Notes: a model not told the origin generated them from the sequence alone. A stretch of 62,899 nucleotides of DNA, filler included, from Octopus bimaculoides (GCF_001194135.2; 5 parts of 5 records of this genome joined end to end with filler, not necessarily neighbours in it), one strand, 5' to 3'. Positions 1 through 11,990 are shown, numbered from the whole stretch's first letter. Program-made: numbers and translations.

Positions 1-1464
1 GTAAGATGCATTATGGATCTATAGCAATTGGAAGGGCATGACCCAATTGAAATAACAACGTGTGACGTTTGGAGTAAAGGGAAATGAAAGAGTCGCCTCT
101 GGAGTTTGCAAATGACCACTATACCAATAGGTAACTGGGCAGAAAATATTTACAATCAATAAATGTCTTAGAACAACCAGTCACTCATCCGAGAAGGCCT
201 TGAAATCAATGTTACCAACTGGGGACTATATGTGTCGCAGTGATAATAAAAAGACTCAAAGGAGGTCTGCAACGAAATAATTTTACTCAACACTTTGCAA
301 GTGAATCAGTGGAGGCAATGATGAGTCTCATTTACATGACAATTTATGCACCACATTGCAGAAATCACAATGTAGGTATATCTGAAAGGATAGTCTTACA
401 CTATTGTACAAATAATGCTCATCTGTCATGTTCGGGTGACCCTATAGCTACCAATGGTACAACTGTATTCGTCTTTGCTTAGGAAAAATGACTAAATTGT
501 GGGTGTGAAGTCCCCATGAAGGGGTCTTTGTAACTTCTAAGATGAAAATTTTTTAGAAGTATTACTTTATTTGTGTGTAATATGTATGGTTAAAATTTCA
601 TNNNNNNNNNNGTTTTTATCAACCATAAACCTTACCGGTCATGAGATATGCTAGAAACAACAGCCAAATCTCCCTTATATCACACACCTTTTCATCTGAA
701 AATATTTCCTTTATTTATTATGGAAAACGCTTCTCCTATACTTTTTAAGTGCGTAGTGCTCAAAAAGAAAAAAAAACCCATCGAGCATAGTGCTCACAAA
801 ATCGGTCCGAAGAGGGGAAGATTGGTGAAGGGTTAAAAAATAATTAAAAATACAATTTTTTTTTGTTAAAAAGATGTTACAGATCATTTCCAAGGGCACC
901 GTGAAAAAAGATCTGAAAAATCCCCGTCAAAACGGAGAAATTCCAACTAATGTGGGCGACGCCTCCCACACTTTTAAAGTTTATCCTCCACCAGTCAATT
1001 AGTGCGTGCAATATCACTCGAACTGCTAGAAATCGTAGTCAAATCTCAAATCACATCATTAAAAAAAATGGAACGATACTTTATATCATATGTTGGATAT
1101 ACAAAAAGAATTGTCACAGTTGGAACGCTTTTGCTTGTAGATATGTTTAATCCAGCCTGTGCTGGGACTAAACAAAGACAAGTCATCTTCACTGACTTCA
1201 TTTATTCCGTAATTATTTAGGTTAGTGATTATTACTAATGGGCCGCCTTACTAATGACAGGAAAGAATAAATTTGTGTTTTTAATTACATCTCTTGAGTG
1301 TGTGCGTGTATAAAACACTTTAATTTCAGAGAGCTTGTTCACCGTTGAACAGAATTTTACTATCTTTATGTACATGTATTTATTTTGAACTTATAATCTT
1401 TAGTGGATCATTATTTTAGCGGATTTGGTCAATAAATATAAATCATTGTTGGTTTTATATAATA

Positions 1465-1589
1465 CTAGCAGAGATACCCGGCGTTGCCCGTGTTACATGC
1501 AATTGAAAAATGAGACTTTTCTATTATATTTTCTGTAAAGAACTGGAATACATATGATTCAAATTTCATCAAAATTGCACATGAGGGTT
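1465..1589 (-). mobile_element. Helitron 3' terminus (rest runs into N gap)
   Basis: Minus strand reads CACGGGCAACGCCGGG-tatctctg-CTAG|T: imperfect GC hairpin 8 nt before a CTAG end followed by T, the canonical Helitron 3' end. Confidence 0.6.
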
Positions 1590-1980
1590 NNNNNNNNNNN
1601 NNNNNNNNNNNNNNNNNNNNNNNNNNNNNNNNNNNNNNNNNNNNNNNNNNNNNNNNNNNNNNNNNNNNNNNNNNNNNNNNNNNNNNNNNATTCTGTCCTT
1701 TTGCTTCTTGTTGTCTTTTTCCTCCATCACACCACAGTTTCCAGAGGTAAATTATTCAAACCCCAAAGAATTCCTTTCAATGCATGGCTATAATCCTCCC
1801 CAATTACTGCTCCTCCTAATCAGAAATGCACATATCACCAGTCACCAAGGCACATGCTCAACTGGTTAAGGTCAAGCAACTGAAAACCAAATCTGTGGTA
1901 TTGAGCAGAATATTTGCTGTAGCCCATCTTTTATACCAAGACAAAACACGTTCACGATAACACTTCCAAACAGTTAAGAT

Positions 1981-2212
1981 GAGAAGCCATAAAAGCCACT
2001 ACCTAGAGAAGCTATGCGAGCCACTGCTTTCAGAAGCCATGGAGCCACTGCCTTCAGAAGCCGTGAGAGTCACTGCCTGAGAATCCATGAGAGCCATTGC
2101 TTTGAGTAGCCATGAGAGCACTGTCTTGAGAAACAATGAGAGCCACTGCCTTGAGAAGCCGCGAGAGCCACTACCTTGAGAAGCCATGAGAGCCACTGCC
2201 TTGAGAAGCCAT
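1981..2212. repeat. 25-bp minisatellite, about 9 units
   Basis: Unit consensus GAGAAGCCATGAGAGCCACTGCCTT, 9 full (24-25 bp) copies plus a partial one. Confidence 0.9.
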
Positions 2213-2214
2213 TA

Positions 2215-3023
2215 TTAGGCACCTCGAGTGCCGCCAAGCTCTCACCGCCCTCAGTCAGGCGGGCAGTGCGATCGGTAGTAGCTCCACTCTAGCGTTCTAT
2301 AGAGGGTTAGTGGGAGAAAAGTGCGACGACGTTCTCGGGGAAACTCTAGGCGTCGAGGATAATCAGCTAAACAGTCTGTTCAGGAGAACTTTCGGGCCGG
2401 GGCCCATGGATAATTTCCAAAGGTCCCTCGCCTGGCAGTGCTACCGAGGTGCGCTACCTGTTCGAGATAAACTCTACCGACANNNNNNNNNNNNNNNNNN
2501 NNNNNNNNNNNNNNNNNNNNNNNNNNNNNNNNNNNNNNNNNNNNNNNNNNNNNNNNNNNNNNNNNNNNNNNNNNNNNNNNNNNNNNNNNNNNNNNNNNNN
2601 NNNNNNNNNNNNNNNNNNNNNNNNNNNNNNNNNNNNNNNNNNNNNNNNNNNNNNNNNNNNNNNNNNNNNNNNNNNNNNNNNNNNNNNNNNNNNNNNNNNN
2701 NNNNNNNNNNNNNNAAAAAAAGGGGTAATGTAAAAGGAGAAAGGGCTCTATACCCCTTTCTTATTTTTTCCGACCAGGCTCCCGTGGTTTTATGGGTTTT
2801 TCCACGTGTAACCTTTCCTTTTTCGAAGCGACCCCCCCTTTGGGAGTTCTACTTATTTATTTATCTATTTATTTATTATATCTTTCTCCGTTTAGACGAA
2901 CTTTCTTACCTTTTCGGACAAAACCTTTTGTAACCTTCGTCCTGTCTTTGTCCCTATATGTTTTTAATTGATATTAGACCTTGTGGCCAATAAAACGAAT
3001 TAATTATTATTATTATTATTATT
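2215..3023 (+). mobile_element. L1/Tx1-type LINE 3' end (ORF2 C-terminus, 3' UTR, tail), interrupted by N gap
   Basis: Translates to ...FRRTFGPGPMDNFQRSLAWQCYRGALPVRDKLYR, resembling the region before the L1/Tx1 zf-RVT domain. After the gap: T-rich UTR, AATAAA near 2990 and an (ATT)n tail. Confidence 0.8.
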
Positions 3024-3766
3024 ATCGGATACAATATCTAAATAATTCCACACACCTTTTAATTATTGATTTATTTCTTTTGTTTACTAACTTTAGCATA
3101 AACCAAAATAGGTTACGAATAAACCAGTGGGCAGAAACTATATTCTACTGACTTCGCCAAAGACACAACAAAAAGCGTTAAATATTTAGAGAAAAACAGC
3201 ACATAAATGTAATTAACCTTTTTCAAACTTGACAGAATGTTAACCCTATCAGACAGCTACACGCGCACGAGCATTTCTGTCTGTTATCAGTTCCTAACTT
3301 CAATATATAGGTCACAAACATGTTTAAGTTCACTTCTTTTACTGCCTCTTTTCTCTTCATGATATGGTAGACGTATTCTGATTACAAGTTAGTTAAAAGG
3401 AATGTTGGATGGTGAAAGAGGCAGTGGTAGTAGTGTTTCATAAACTAGGACAGGAACTATCCCATATACGTTTAGTCAGTTCAGTTTACACTTTCACGCT
3501 GTCTCGTAGTTGCACAATATCTCTGCTTCGAAACATTCTACCACTCCTTTTCATTTCATAAGCTATAGAGTAAATGGGTGCAGCTTACACCGTTTAAAGC
3601 AATTGCTAATACAAGCTGTTGATTGGATACAAGGTTTTGCGTCAGTAGAGGGCTTATATTAGACATGTTACGCAATTCAACATAAAAGTTATGAAATAGT
3701 TGCAATCACATTTCCTCTACATTCTTACTACCCGCTTCCTCTATATTATTGTTATCTGCTTTTTAT

Positions 3767-3851
<85 letters not shown>
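3767..3851. repeat. compound (TAC)n(TAT)n microsatellite
   Basis: Directly visible. Confidence 0.95.
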
Positions 3852-5148
3852 GACATATCCTTCCAGTGTCGATAAAAATGAAGTCCCAGTCGTGTAAACC
3901 CGTTTGGCCAAAGTGGCGGGGGCGCAGCATGGCAACAAAGCTAGTATTTGGTCGATGGCGGACCACAACGGCTGTGAGCTTTCCATTTTCGAATAGATGA
4001 GTACCATTTTCCAGCACTTCACTGAATTGTTGTCGATGAATAGAGAATAGAAGACNNNNNNNNNNNNNNNNNNNNNNNNNNNNNNNNNNNNNNNNNNNNN
4101 NNNNNNNNNNNNNNNNNNNNNNNNNNNNNNNNNNNNNNNNNNNNNNNNNNNNNNNNNNNNNNNNNNNNNNNNNNNNNNNNNNNNNNNNNNNNNNNNNNNN
4201 NNNNNNNNNNNNNNNNNNNNNNNNNNNNNNNNNNNNNNNNNNNNNNNNNNNNNNNNNNNNNNNNNNNNNNNNNNNNNNNNNNNNNNNNNNNNNNNNNNNN
4301 NNNNNNNNNNNNNNNNNNNNNNNNNNNNNNNNNNNNNNNNNNNNNNNNNNNNNNNNNNNNNNNNNNNNNNNNNNNNNNNNNNNNNNNNNNNNNNNNNNNN
4401 NNNNNNNNNNNNNNNNNNNNNNNNNNNNNNNNNNNNNNNNNNNNNNNNNNNNNNNNNNNNNNNNNNNNNNNNNNNNNNNNNNNNNNNNNNNNNNNNNNNN
4501 NNNNNNNNNNNNNNNNNNNNNNNNNNNNNNNNNNNNNNNNNNNNNNNNNNNNNNNNNNNNNNNNNNNNNNNNNNNNNNNNNNNNNNNNNNNNNNNNNNNN
4601 NNNNNNNNNNNNNNNNNNNNNNNNNNNNNNNNNNNNNNNNNNNNNNNNNNNNNNNNNNNNNNNNNNNNNNNNNNNNNNNNNNNNNNNNNNNNNNNNNNNN
4701 NNNNNNNNNNNNNNNNNNNNNNNNNNNNNNNNNNNNNNNNNNNNNNNNNNNNNNNNNNNNNNNNNNNNNNNNNNNNNNNNNNNNNNNNNNNNNNNNNNNN
4801 NNNNNNNNNNNNNNNNNNNNNNNNNNNNNNNNNNNNNNNNNNNNNNNNNNNNNNNNNNNNNNNNNNNNNNNNNNNNNNNNNNNNNNNNNNNNNNNNNNNN
4901 NNNNNNNNNNNNNNNNNNNNNNNNNNNNNNNNNNNNNNNNNNNNNNNNNNNNNNNNNNNNNNNNNNNNNNNNNNNNNNNNNNNNNNNNNNNNNNNNNNNN
5001 NNNNNNNNNNNNNNNNNNNNNNNNNNNNNNNNNNNNNNNNNNNNNNNNNCAGTTCTCAAAGAGAAACTGGACCGAGACAAATTATTGGGTATGAGTTGAT
5101 CTATATATAGCGTTAAGAGGGCTCCAAATGCCTTTAGAATTTTACTCC

Positions 5149-5358
5149 ATCACGTGACCTTATCAGGGGCCGTGATTGGTCAGTTTGCGTTCCGGCGGGA
5201 ACGGTTCGAAGAAGTTGCCGATTCGAATAATGATCAGTCACGTGATGGACAAGGAATGGGTTCTCTACTACGCTCGCATTTATTTATATTTAAATGAGAA
5301 GATTGTATGTAATGGCGATAGTAGTTTGTATCTAATGGCGGGAGGTAGTTTCACTACA
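5149..5358 (+). promoter_or_regulatory. promoter-like ~200-bp module, copy 1
   Basis: Two TCACGTGA E-boxes, GATTGG (reverse CCAAT), GGCGGGAA (E2F-like), two AATGGCG (YY1-like); CpG-rich. Homologous to 8001-8202 on the minus strand. Function inferred from motifs only. Confidence 0.4.
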
Positions 5359-5519
5359 GGTGTATCAGCCTCAGTATGTGCATAATGCATTTTCTAATGC
5401 ATCGCAAATTCTTCTACGCGAAGCATGAAGGCTGTGTTGTCAGAGATATGGCACGTGCTCTAAGACATGAAGGATCAAAAGTTGTTAGACGGGCCCATGT
5501 AACGTTGCAGCAACATGAC

Positions 5520-6900
5520 AACAAGGTCACTACTTTGTCTTTGGTGGACCATAATTGCGTTGCCTGGTCCTAAGCAGATATGTTGTGGCTTTTGAGCGAC
5601 ACTTTGCTCGACTTTTCAAGCTGGATCACAGGTTGGACTCCAATCCTTCTCTCGACGACCTAATGCGACTCAGGACAGATGAGGCGGAGTGTTGCAAAAA
5701 GTCGATACTAGCCCCAAAATACAATCCCTGGCTGCCCGGGATAATTCGCCCCATTTTACGAGCGTTTGAAGGTAAAGCTTGACCAGCTTTACTTCTATAT
5801 GCCAGACTTGTTCGACGATCTCATATCTACCGCAAATGACAGCAGAACGAGAGAATTTCCAGTTCTATGAGTTTAAGAGTGGTTGCACTGCTAAGAAAGA
5901 ACTTGAACAAGGGAAATCTCATAAACAATTTTCTGGTAAACATAGATTTCAAGATTTTGACCAAGGCATTAGCGGAAGTAGCGCTTGTCGTCGGTTGTCT
6001 GACTGGTGACGCGCAAACAGATTTATCCACAACTTTGTCACACATTATAGAGAGGGTGGAAAATGAAACAGGCATATATAGGGTCTTGGTCAGCTTAGAT
6101 CAATCATAAACCTTCAACAAGCTTGTCCATCAATACTTGGCGAGTATCCTTTACGATCCTATTTTCAGGGGCTGGATCGCTGTAATGTACAATGATATCT
6201 GCTCGGTTGCTAGAGTAACCGACAACCTATCGGAACTTTTCAGCATCATACACTCCATCCGTCAAGGTTGTCCTATCTCATCTCTTCTGTATGTACTAAC
6301 TCTTGGGCCACCTCTACGGAAACTAGAGACGGTGAGAGACCTCCAGTGCTAACTAGGAAGAGAAGGTTCTATGTCGATACATGTGGATGGCGCCACCGTC
6401 ATAGTATCGGATACCAAGCACATCGAGGTGACCTGCACCTCTCTAAGAGACTGCAAGCGTTCACAGGAGCCCAAATTAACCAGAAAATTTGATGAGCTGG
6501 CTCATCTCCAGGAGAAAAAAGTTATGCCGGCCAACAGCGTCAGTGTCCATTGTGAAGATCGTTCCACCGCATTCCTTTGACCGGAAAGGACGGGAAGTCT
6601 TTATCTGCCTAGTGGTCATCAGCTTTTTCAAGTTTGTGACGGAATGTGAGGATGGAGAAGAAAGAGCTGCCTCTCAGAAAATTTGTTGAAAGGTGGATGG
6701 GAGTGGCGAGCATAAGATCAGGGTGAATGGACCTTTTTTCAGCATGCACCAGTAGATTGAAAGAAGACCTTTAAGAGAAGGCACTTTGTACGGCGTGCTT
6801 TTACATAATTCTACGCTGTATTGTCCACGCTGCATCGAACAGGGACCAGCCCTCCACAGATAATAACAGAGGTTCGAGTGAGGAGAGAAATAAGTTGCTC
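5520..6900 (+). mobile_element. degenerate L1/Tx1-type LINE ORF2 (reverse transcriptase region)
   Basis: Broken RT motifs: LVNIDFKILTKAL, VLVSLDQS*TFNKL (cf. LDQEKAFDRV), FRGWIAVMY, IRQGCPISSLLYVL, HVDGATVIVSD (decayed YADD); several stops and frameshifts. Boundaries approximate. Confidence 0.85.
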
Positions 6901-8000
6901 CTCAGTCACAAAGACACGACATGATATCTAAACACATCATAACATGAGTTGGGGATAGTTCTGGAAAATATTTTAAATGAAATATTTTTCATTAGAAGTC
7001 GGACATATGATACTATGTGTCATTTGTAAAACAGGGGAAGTAGAGAAAACCGAAATCCAAACGAGACGCGTGTCCTATAATCTGGCTCCGCAGTATATGG
7101 GAAAGAAAACGCAAGGAACAACGATGGTGATGTCGACTGCTGGCTAGTAGTCACCATCATGGCATAATATGAGAAGGTGGTAAGCGTATATGTCCCATTT
7201 GGTGAGACGTGGTTGGATGAGAGGATCACCATGGGCATAGATATCCTCACAACATCGTATGACCACAAAACAATACCTGGATTGTGTTCCTTACAGGGTG
7301 TCGAAAGGAAAACCTTAAAGCTCATCAACTAAGGTAGACGACCAGATATGTGGATACTGAGCCCAGCTAAAAGCTTTCTGCGCAGAAAATCCAGAAGTAC
7401 AAAAGCAACAACAACAAATCATAAATATGAGCCACATGTCTAACTGCTGGTCGTTTTCCTTAGTTGCTGAGTTTTAAGGTCCTTCTCTTGATATGCTGTA
7501 CAGAACAAAAACCTGCGAGGTGGAACTAGTTCCCTTTCTGAATGCAATTAAATTCTCTGCAATTTGTTTTAACAAAGTTCTCATAAAACACTTATACAGT
7601 ATACACAAAGAATATCTAAACTAAGTATTCTACAACTGGTTAGGGTAGACGATGGGATAGCCGAGTATAGACCATTTCTGTTTCATCATTAAAGTATTGG
7701 ATTAGAGACTCATCAAAGTGTCTAGCAGAATGCTTTGTGGTTATTTCAGGTGTATTCATCCTACCTCGTGATTCGAATGGAAATTTCCGTGCAAAAATCG
7801 TCATAAATGGAAACGCGTGGGACAAGCAGCGTAGAGATTCAGGATAAGGTGAACACAGAGGCTTCGTAGAGGATACTCGGTTAGCCATATCGATCGACCT
7901 CGAGTTAAAAAAGAATCACTTTGCAAACCACGAACACAGAACATTCTCATCTCTTGACTCTCGCCAACACGAACATATAACGATCTTACCTCTTACCAAA

Positions 8001-8202
8001 CATGTGTAGTGAAACTACCTATCGCCATTATACACAAAGAAGCCATCTTCCCCGCTGTTAAATATAAACAAGCGCGGGCGTAGTGGAAAACACATTTCCC
8101 TGTCATCACGTGGCTGATTATTATTTGAAGCGGCAAATGCTTCGAACCGTTCCCGCCAGAGCGCAAACTGACCAATCACAGCTCCTAATAAGGTCACGTG
8201 AT
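8001..8202 (-). promoter_or_regulatory. promoter-like ~200-bp module, copy 2 (inverted)
   Basis: Reverse complement aligns to 5149-5358 (about 80% by eye) with E-boxes, CCAAT, GGCGGGAA and AATGGCG retained. Confidence 0.4.
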
Positions 8203-9293
8203 AGTGTTTTTCTAATAGAAGATGAATAACAGAAATATTTATTGTGACATTAAAATGTATGTCTGTGTGTGAGTGTGAATGCGACATATAAAAACATATT
8301 AAAAGACAGGCCGTCGTATAAAGAAAAGAGTGTGTGTAAGTGATACATGTATGTGTATGCGTTATATACAGCAGATAAAAAGAGTCNNNNNNNNNNNNNN
8401 NNNNNNNNNNNNNNNNNNNNNNNNNNNNNNNNNNNNNNNNNNNNNNNNNNNNNNNNNNNNNNNNNNNNNNNNNNNNNNNNNNNNNNNNNNNNNNNNNNNN
8501 NNNNNNNNNNNNNNNNNNNNNNNNNNNNNNNNNNNNNNNNNNNNNNNNNNNNNNNNNNNNNNNNNNNNNNNNNNNNNNNNNNNNNNNNNNNNNNNNNNNN
8601 NNNNNNNNNNNNNNNNNNNNNNNNNNNNNNNNNNNNNNNNNNNNNNNNNNNNNNNNNNNNNNNNNNNNNNNNNNNNNNNNNNNNNNNNNNNNNNNNNNNN
8701 NNNNNNNNNNNNNNNNNNNNNNNNNNNNNNNNNNNNNNNNNNNNNNNNNNNNNNNNNNNNNNNNNNNNNNNNNNNNNNNNNNNNNNNNNNNNNNNNNNNN
8801 NNNNNNNNNNNNNNNNNNNNNNNNNNNNNNNNNNNNNNNNNNNNNNNNNNNNNNNNNNNNNNNNNNNNNNNNNNNNNNNNNNNNNNNNNNNNNNNNNNNN
8901 NNNNNNNNNNNNNNNNNNNNNNNNNNNNNNNNNNNNNNNNNNNNNNNNNNNNNNNNNNNNNNNNNNNNNNNNNNNNNNNNNNNNNNNNNNNNNNNNNNNN
9001 NNNNNNNNNNNNNNNNNNNNNNNNNNNNNNNNNNNNNNNNNNNNNNNNNNNNNNNNNNNNNNNNNNNNNNNNNNNNNNNNNNNNNNNNNNNNNNNNNNNN
9101 NNNNNNNNNNNNNNNNNNNNNNNNNNNNNNNNNNNNNNNNNNNNNNNNNNNNNNNNNNNNNNNNNNNNNNNNNNNNNNNNNNNNNNNNNNNNNNNNNNNN
9201 NNNNNNNNNNNNNNNNNNNNNNNNNNNNNNNNNNNNNNNNNNNNNNNNNNNNNNNNNNNNNNNNNNNNNNNNNNNNNNNNNNNNNNNNNNNNN

Positions 9294-9325
9294 TATAATG
9301 GCGATAGGTAGTTTCACTACACATG
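9294..9325 (+). repeat. 3' tip of a third module copy emerging from N gap
   Basis: TATAATGGCGATAGGTAGTTTCACTACACATG is the exact reverse complement of 8001-8032. Confidence 0.85.
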
Positions 9326-9550
9326 CATAAACACACTGCTGGTATTCAGCAATAAAGCCTCCGGCAAATAACCTTTTTACGGTTAATGTAGAAATAAATA
9401 TAATTCATTAAAACTGAATATTGTGGTCGTTTTTTTTTTGTGAAAATACAAATACATTTAAGAATAGTTTTTTTTTTTACCTTTTGTTTTTTGCTTTATA
9501 CTTGTTCATTTGCTTGTATATACTTCTTATACATGCATGCATACATACAT

Positions 9551-9587
<37 letters not shown>

Positions 9588-9642
9588 AAGTTTTTTTTTA
9601 TAAATCTTTTAATGTATTTGTTGTATACGCATTTATGTTTAT

Positions 9643-9800
9643 TATTTGGACGGAGAGACCGGTTAAATTGATTGGAGTCTGGTTTGGTCAAGATCTCCAT
9701 ATGGAGAAGAACTGAGACGGACTGACAGAAATGAGCCGAGAAACAAACTATCCCTGAAATGCCGGCAGAGGTGGCGAATGTATATATCGCCTCCATCATT
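9643..9800 (+). mobile_element. L1/Tx1 ORF2 fragment (post-RT region)
   Basis: WTERPVKLIGVWFGQDLHMEKN ... KLSLKC/AEVANVYIASII resembles Tx1-type ORF2 after the YLG motif. Confidence 0.8.
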
Positions 9801-10355
9801 CCAAAATTCATTTGTCCGTGACGAAAAATACTCCACCTGTACAGTTCTGACCTCGTCTACAGAATTCATATTTTTTCAGTCCCAATGATTTTGAAGACTG
9901 CTGAATAAATGATAATCAGATGGGGAAATGTCCGGTGAATATGGTGAGTGGGGCATCGTTTTCTATTCAAACTGCTCCAACCTTTGCTGTATGTGGCCGA
10001 GCATTATCCTGATGGAAGAATACTTTTCATCTTGAAACCAAAAATGTTCGTTTTTCTTCTAGCGTTGACTTAAGCCGCTCAAGATCTTGCAGTAGATCTC
10101 TTTTGTTATCGTTAGGTTTTGGGTTTAAAAGTTCAAAGTGGACTAAACCTTTCATATCCCACCAAGCAGACAACACCTTACGTGGGTGAAGACCTTCTTT
10201 AGCCAGGAGTGCCAGTATTTCTCCTTTCCCTAACCACTGTCTTCGGCGCTTGAGATTTTTATAGAGAACCCATTTCTCGTAACCAGTCACTATTCGGTCT
10301 AAAAAAGGTTCATTCGCGAGACATGACAGCAAAGAAGAGCACACATTCACTCTCT
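9800..10355 (-). mobile_element. mariner (D,D34D) transposase relic, catalytic domain
   Basis: FLDRIVTGYEKWVLY (first D mutated to Y), LHPRKVLSAWWD, FFHQDNARPHT, HSPYSPDISPSDYHLF, MNSVDEVRTV...YFSSRTNEFW; stops and frameshift. Confidence 0.9.
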
Positions 10356-10525
10356 GAAAAAAAAGTAACTTCTAAAACCGAACTGCACTCTTCAAAACTT
10401 GCAATAAGAATAATGGCAAAGAAAATTACGACCTGCTTTTATAGCAAGTTGATGCAGGTAGTTTATCCCGTCCTCTTCCGACTTATAGTTCATTAACTGA
10501 AAAAAAAAAAACAAATGAGAAAGAA

Positions 10526-10566
<41 letters not shown>

Positions 10567-10721
10567 CATACATACGTATATGTGTATATGATTATTGTGT
10601 ATACATATGTATATATACATATATACATGTACGTATATATGTATATATCTATATGTATATATATGTATCTATATATGTATATATCTATATGAATATATAC
10701 ACATATATAAGCATGTATATA

Positions 10722-10821
10722 NNNNNNNNNNNNNNNNNNNNNNNNNNNNNNNNNNNNNNNNNNNNTTAATTAATTAANNNNNNNNNNNNNNNNNNNNNNN
10801 NNNNNNNNNNNNNNNNNNNNN
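10722..10821. other. assembly gap spacer N44-TTAATTAATTAA-N44 (also at 36003, 53145, 60621)
   Basis: The same 12-mer sits centred in four 100-bp gaps, so it is an artificial contig joiner. Confidence 0.9.
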
Positions 10822-10998
10822 TATATATAATCTTGTGTATTTAGAAAGAGAGAGTATAAGTGAGAAAGACAAAACACAGACAGATCGTCATTAAAACTGT
10901 TTGAATAGCTTCATTGTGACAACAAAATGTGTTTGTTGAAAGACCAGCTAAGCAAACATGCACATACATAGCTACACATGTGTGAGTACGTCTGCGCA

Positions 10999-11055
<57 letters not shown>

Positions 11056-11351
11056 TGTATATGCAATAATGCACACGTACTCGGATAAGTGACTTTATTT
11101 ATGCACAATCACATACAAACATATTTCGTGAAATATAAATCATATTTTATCTACTAAATCGATTTCCAGATCAATTTATCTACCTGTACTATCTGTATTA
11201 TATGCAAAACTATCACAATACGTATAGCTACTCTCATCCACATATACGTATAGATATAGTATTGGCTCAATATATGCATATAGAGTCGATATATTGTTTC
11301 TAGCGCAATATTTCCTATAATACAATATCACAACTATATCAGCATCTCTAT

Positions 11352-11795
11352 TATTATAATTATAATAATTATTATTACTTTACACGTTGCATTGTATACA
11401 ATATCCTGAGGTTGTTAATTGTCTACCGGGGGTTTGTTCTGTTTGTCAGATCACATGAAGGACCTCAGGCAGTACTTCGCGCAATATACGTGCAGTTCCA
11501 AGTAATGCCCACTTTTGCAATACACCTAGATTGTAGGGCATTTCTAAAGTTTCCAGATGTTTTTTCAGACTGGGTGGTATCGAACCCAGTGCTCCGATGA
11601 CAATTGGGGTAACCTTTATGTTTAACTCTCAATTCTCATGTCTCCATATTTATCAACCTTTGTTTGTCTTTCATCATACGTTGATCTCCTGGCACTAACA
11701 CGTCAATTATCAGGCACTCTTGTTTGTCTCTCCGAAAGGTAAATATATCCGGCCTTCGGTGCTCTAATACCTTCTCTGTCTGGAAGTCAAAGTCC
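11352..11795 (-). mobile_element. R4/Dong-like non-LTR retrotransposon 3' end (REL endonuclease), type B
   Basis: DFDFQTEKVLEHRRPDI...CLIIDV..PGD, TPIVIGALGSIP...LQKWALLGTARILREVL, short UTR, (TAA)-rich tail at ~11352-11380. Confidence 0.85.
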
Positions 11796-11990
11796 TGGAG
11801 GTTTTGTTATGTATTTGTCGGAATGTTTTTCTTTTATCAAACCAAATGCGTCCACTATAATAGGAAGTTTCTTTTTGGGTCCACATTCGAGTTACCTCTA
11901 TTTCCAGATCTTTGTATTTTGAAAGTTACTCAGTTTCTTTTAGAGGAACGTTGTCATCTATTGGTCTTGTAGTGAACGTCCAAGAAATGA
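11790..11990 (-). mobile_element. R4/Dong-like REL-domain fragment, type A
   Basis: DDNVPLKETE*LSKYKDLEIEVTRMW followed after a frameshift by KHSDKYITKPPG; sequence differs clearly from type B. Confidence 0.75.

Noticed and set aside
1-540. HCLH..CK string on the minus strand suggesting a hAT transposase
   Set aside because: No following RWLS or other hAT motif; stops in all frames; left as unclassified sequence.
1981-2212. Regularly spaced repeats as a CRISPR array
   Set aside because: Head-to-tail units with no unique spacers, eukaryotic context, no cas genes.
3852-4054. Minus-strand frame containing LRPRHFGQT, reminiscent of the RPRRFGKT AAA-ATPase motif
   Set aside because: Key K absent, no supporting motifs, and 3858-3900 resembles the family-B SINE core next to a microsatellite.
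5352-8011. CACTACA...TGTAGTG ends suggesting a CACTA/EnSpm transposon
   Set aside because: Flanks are TTT and AAA, not a 3-bp direct duplication; the motifs are just the tips of the inverted 200-bp modules.
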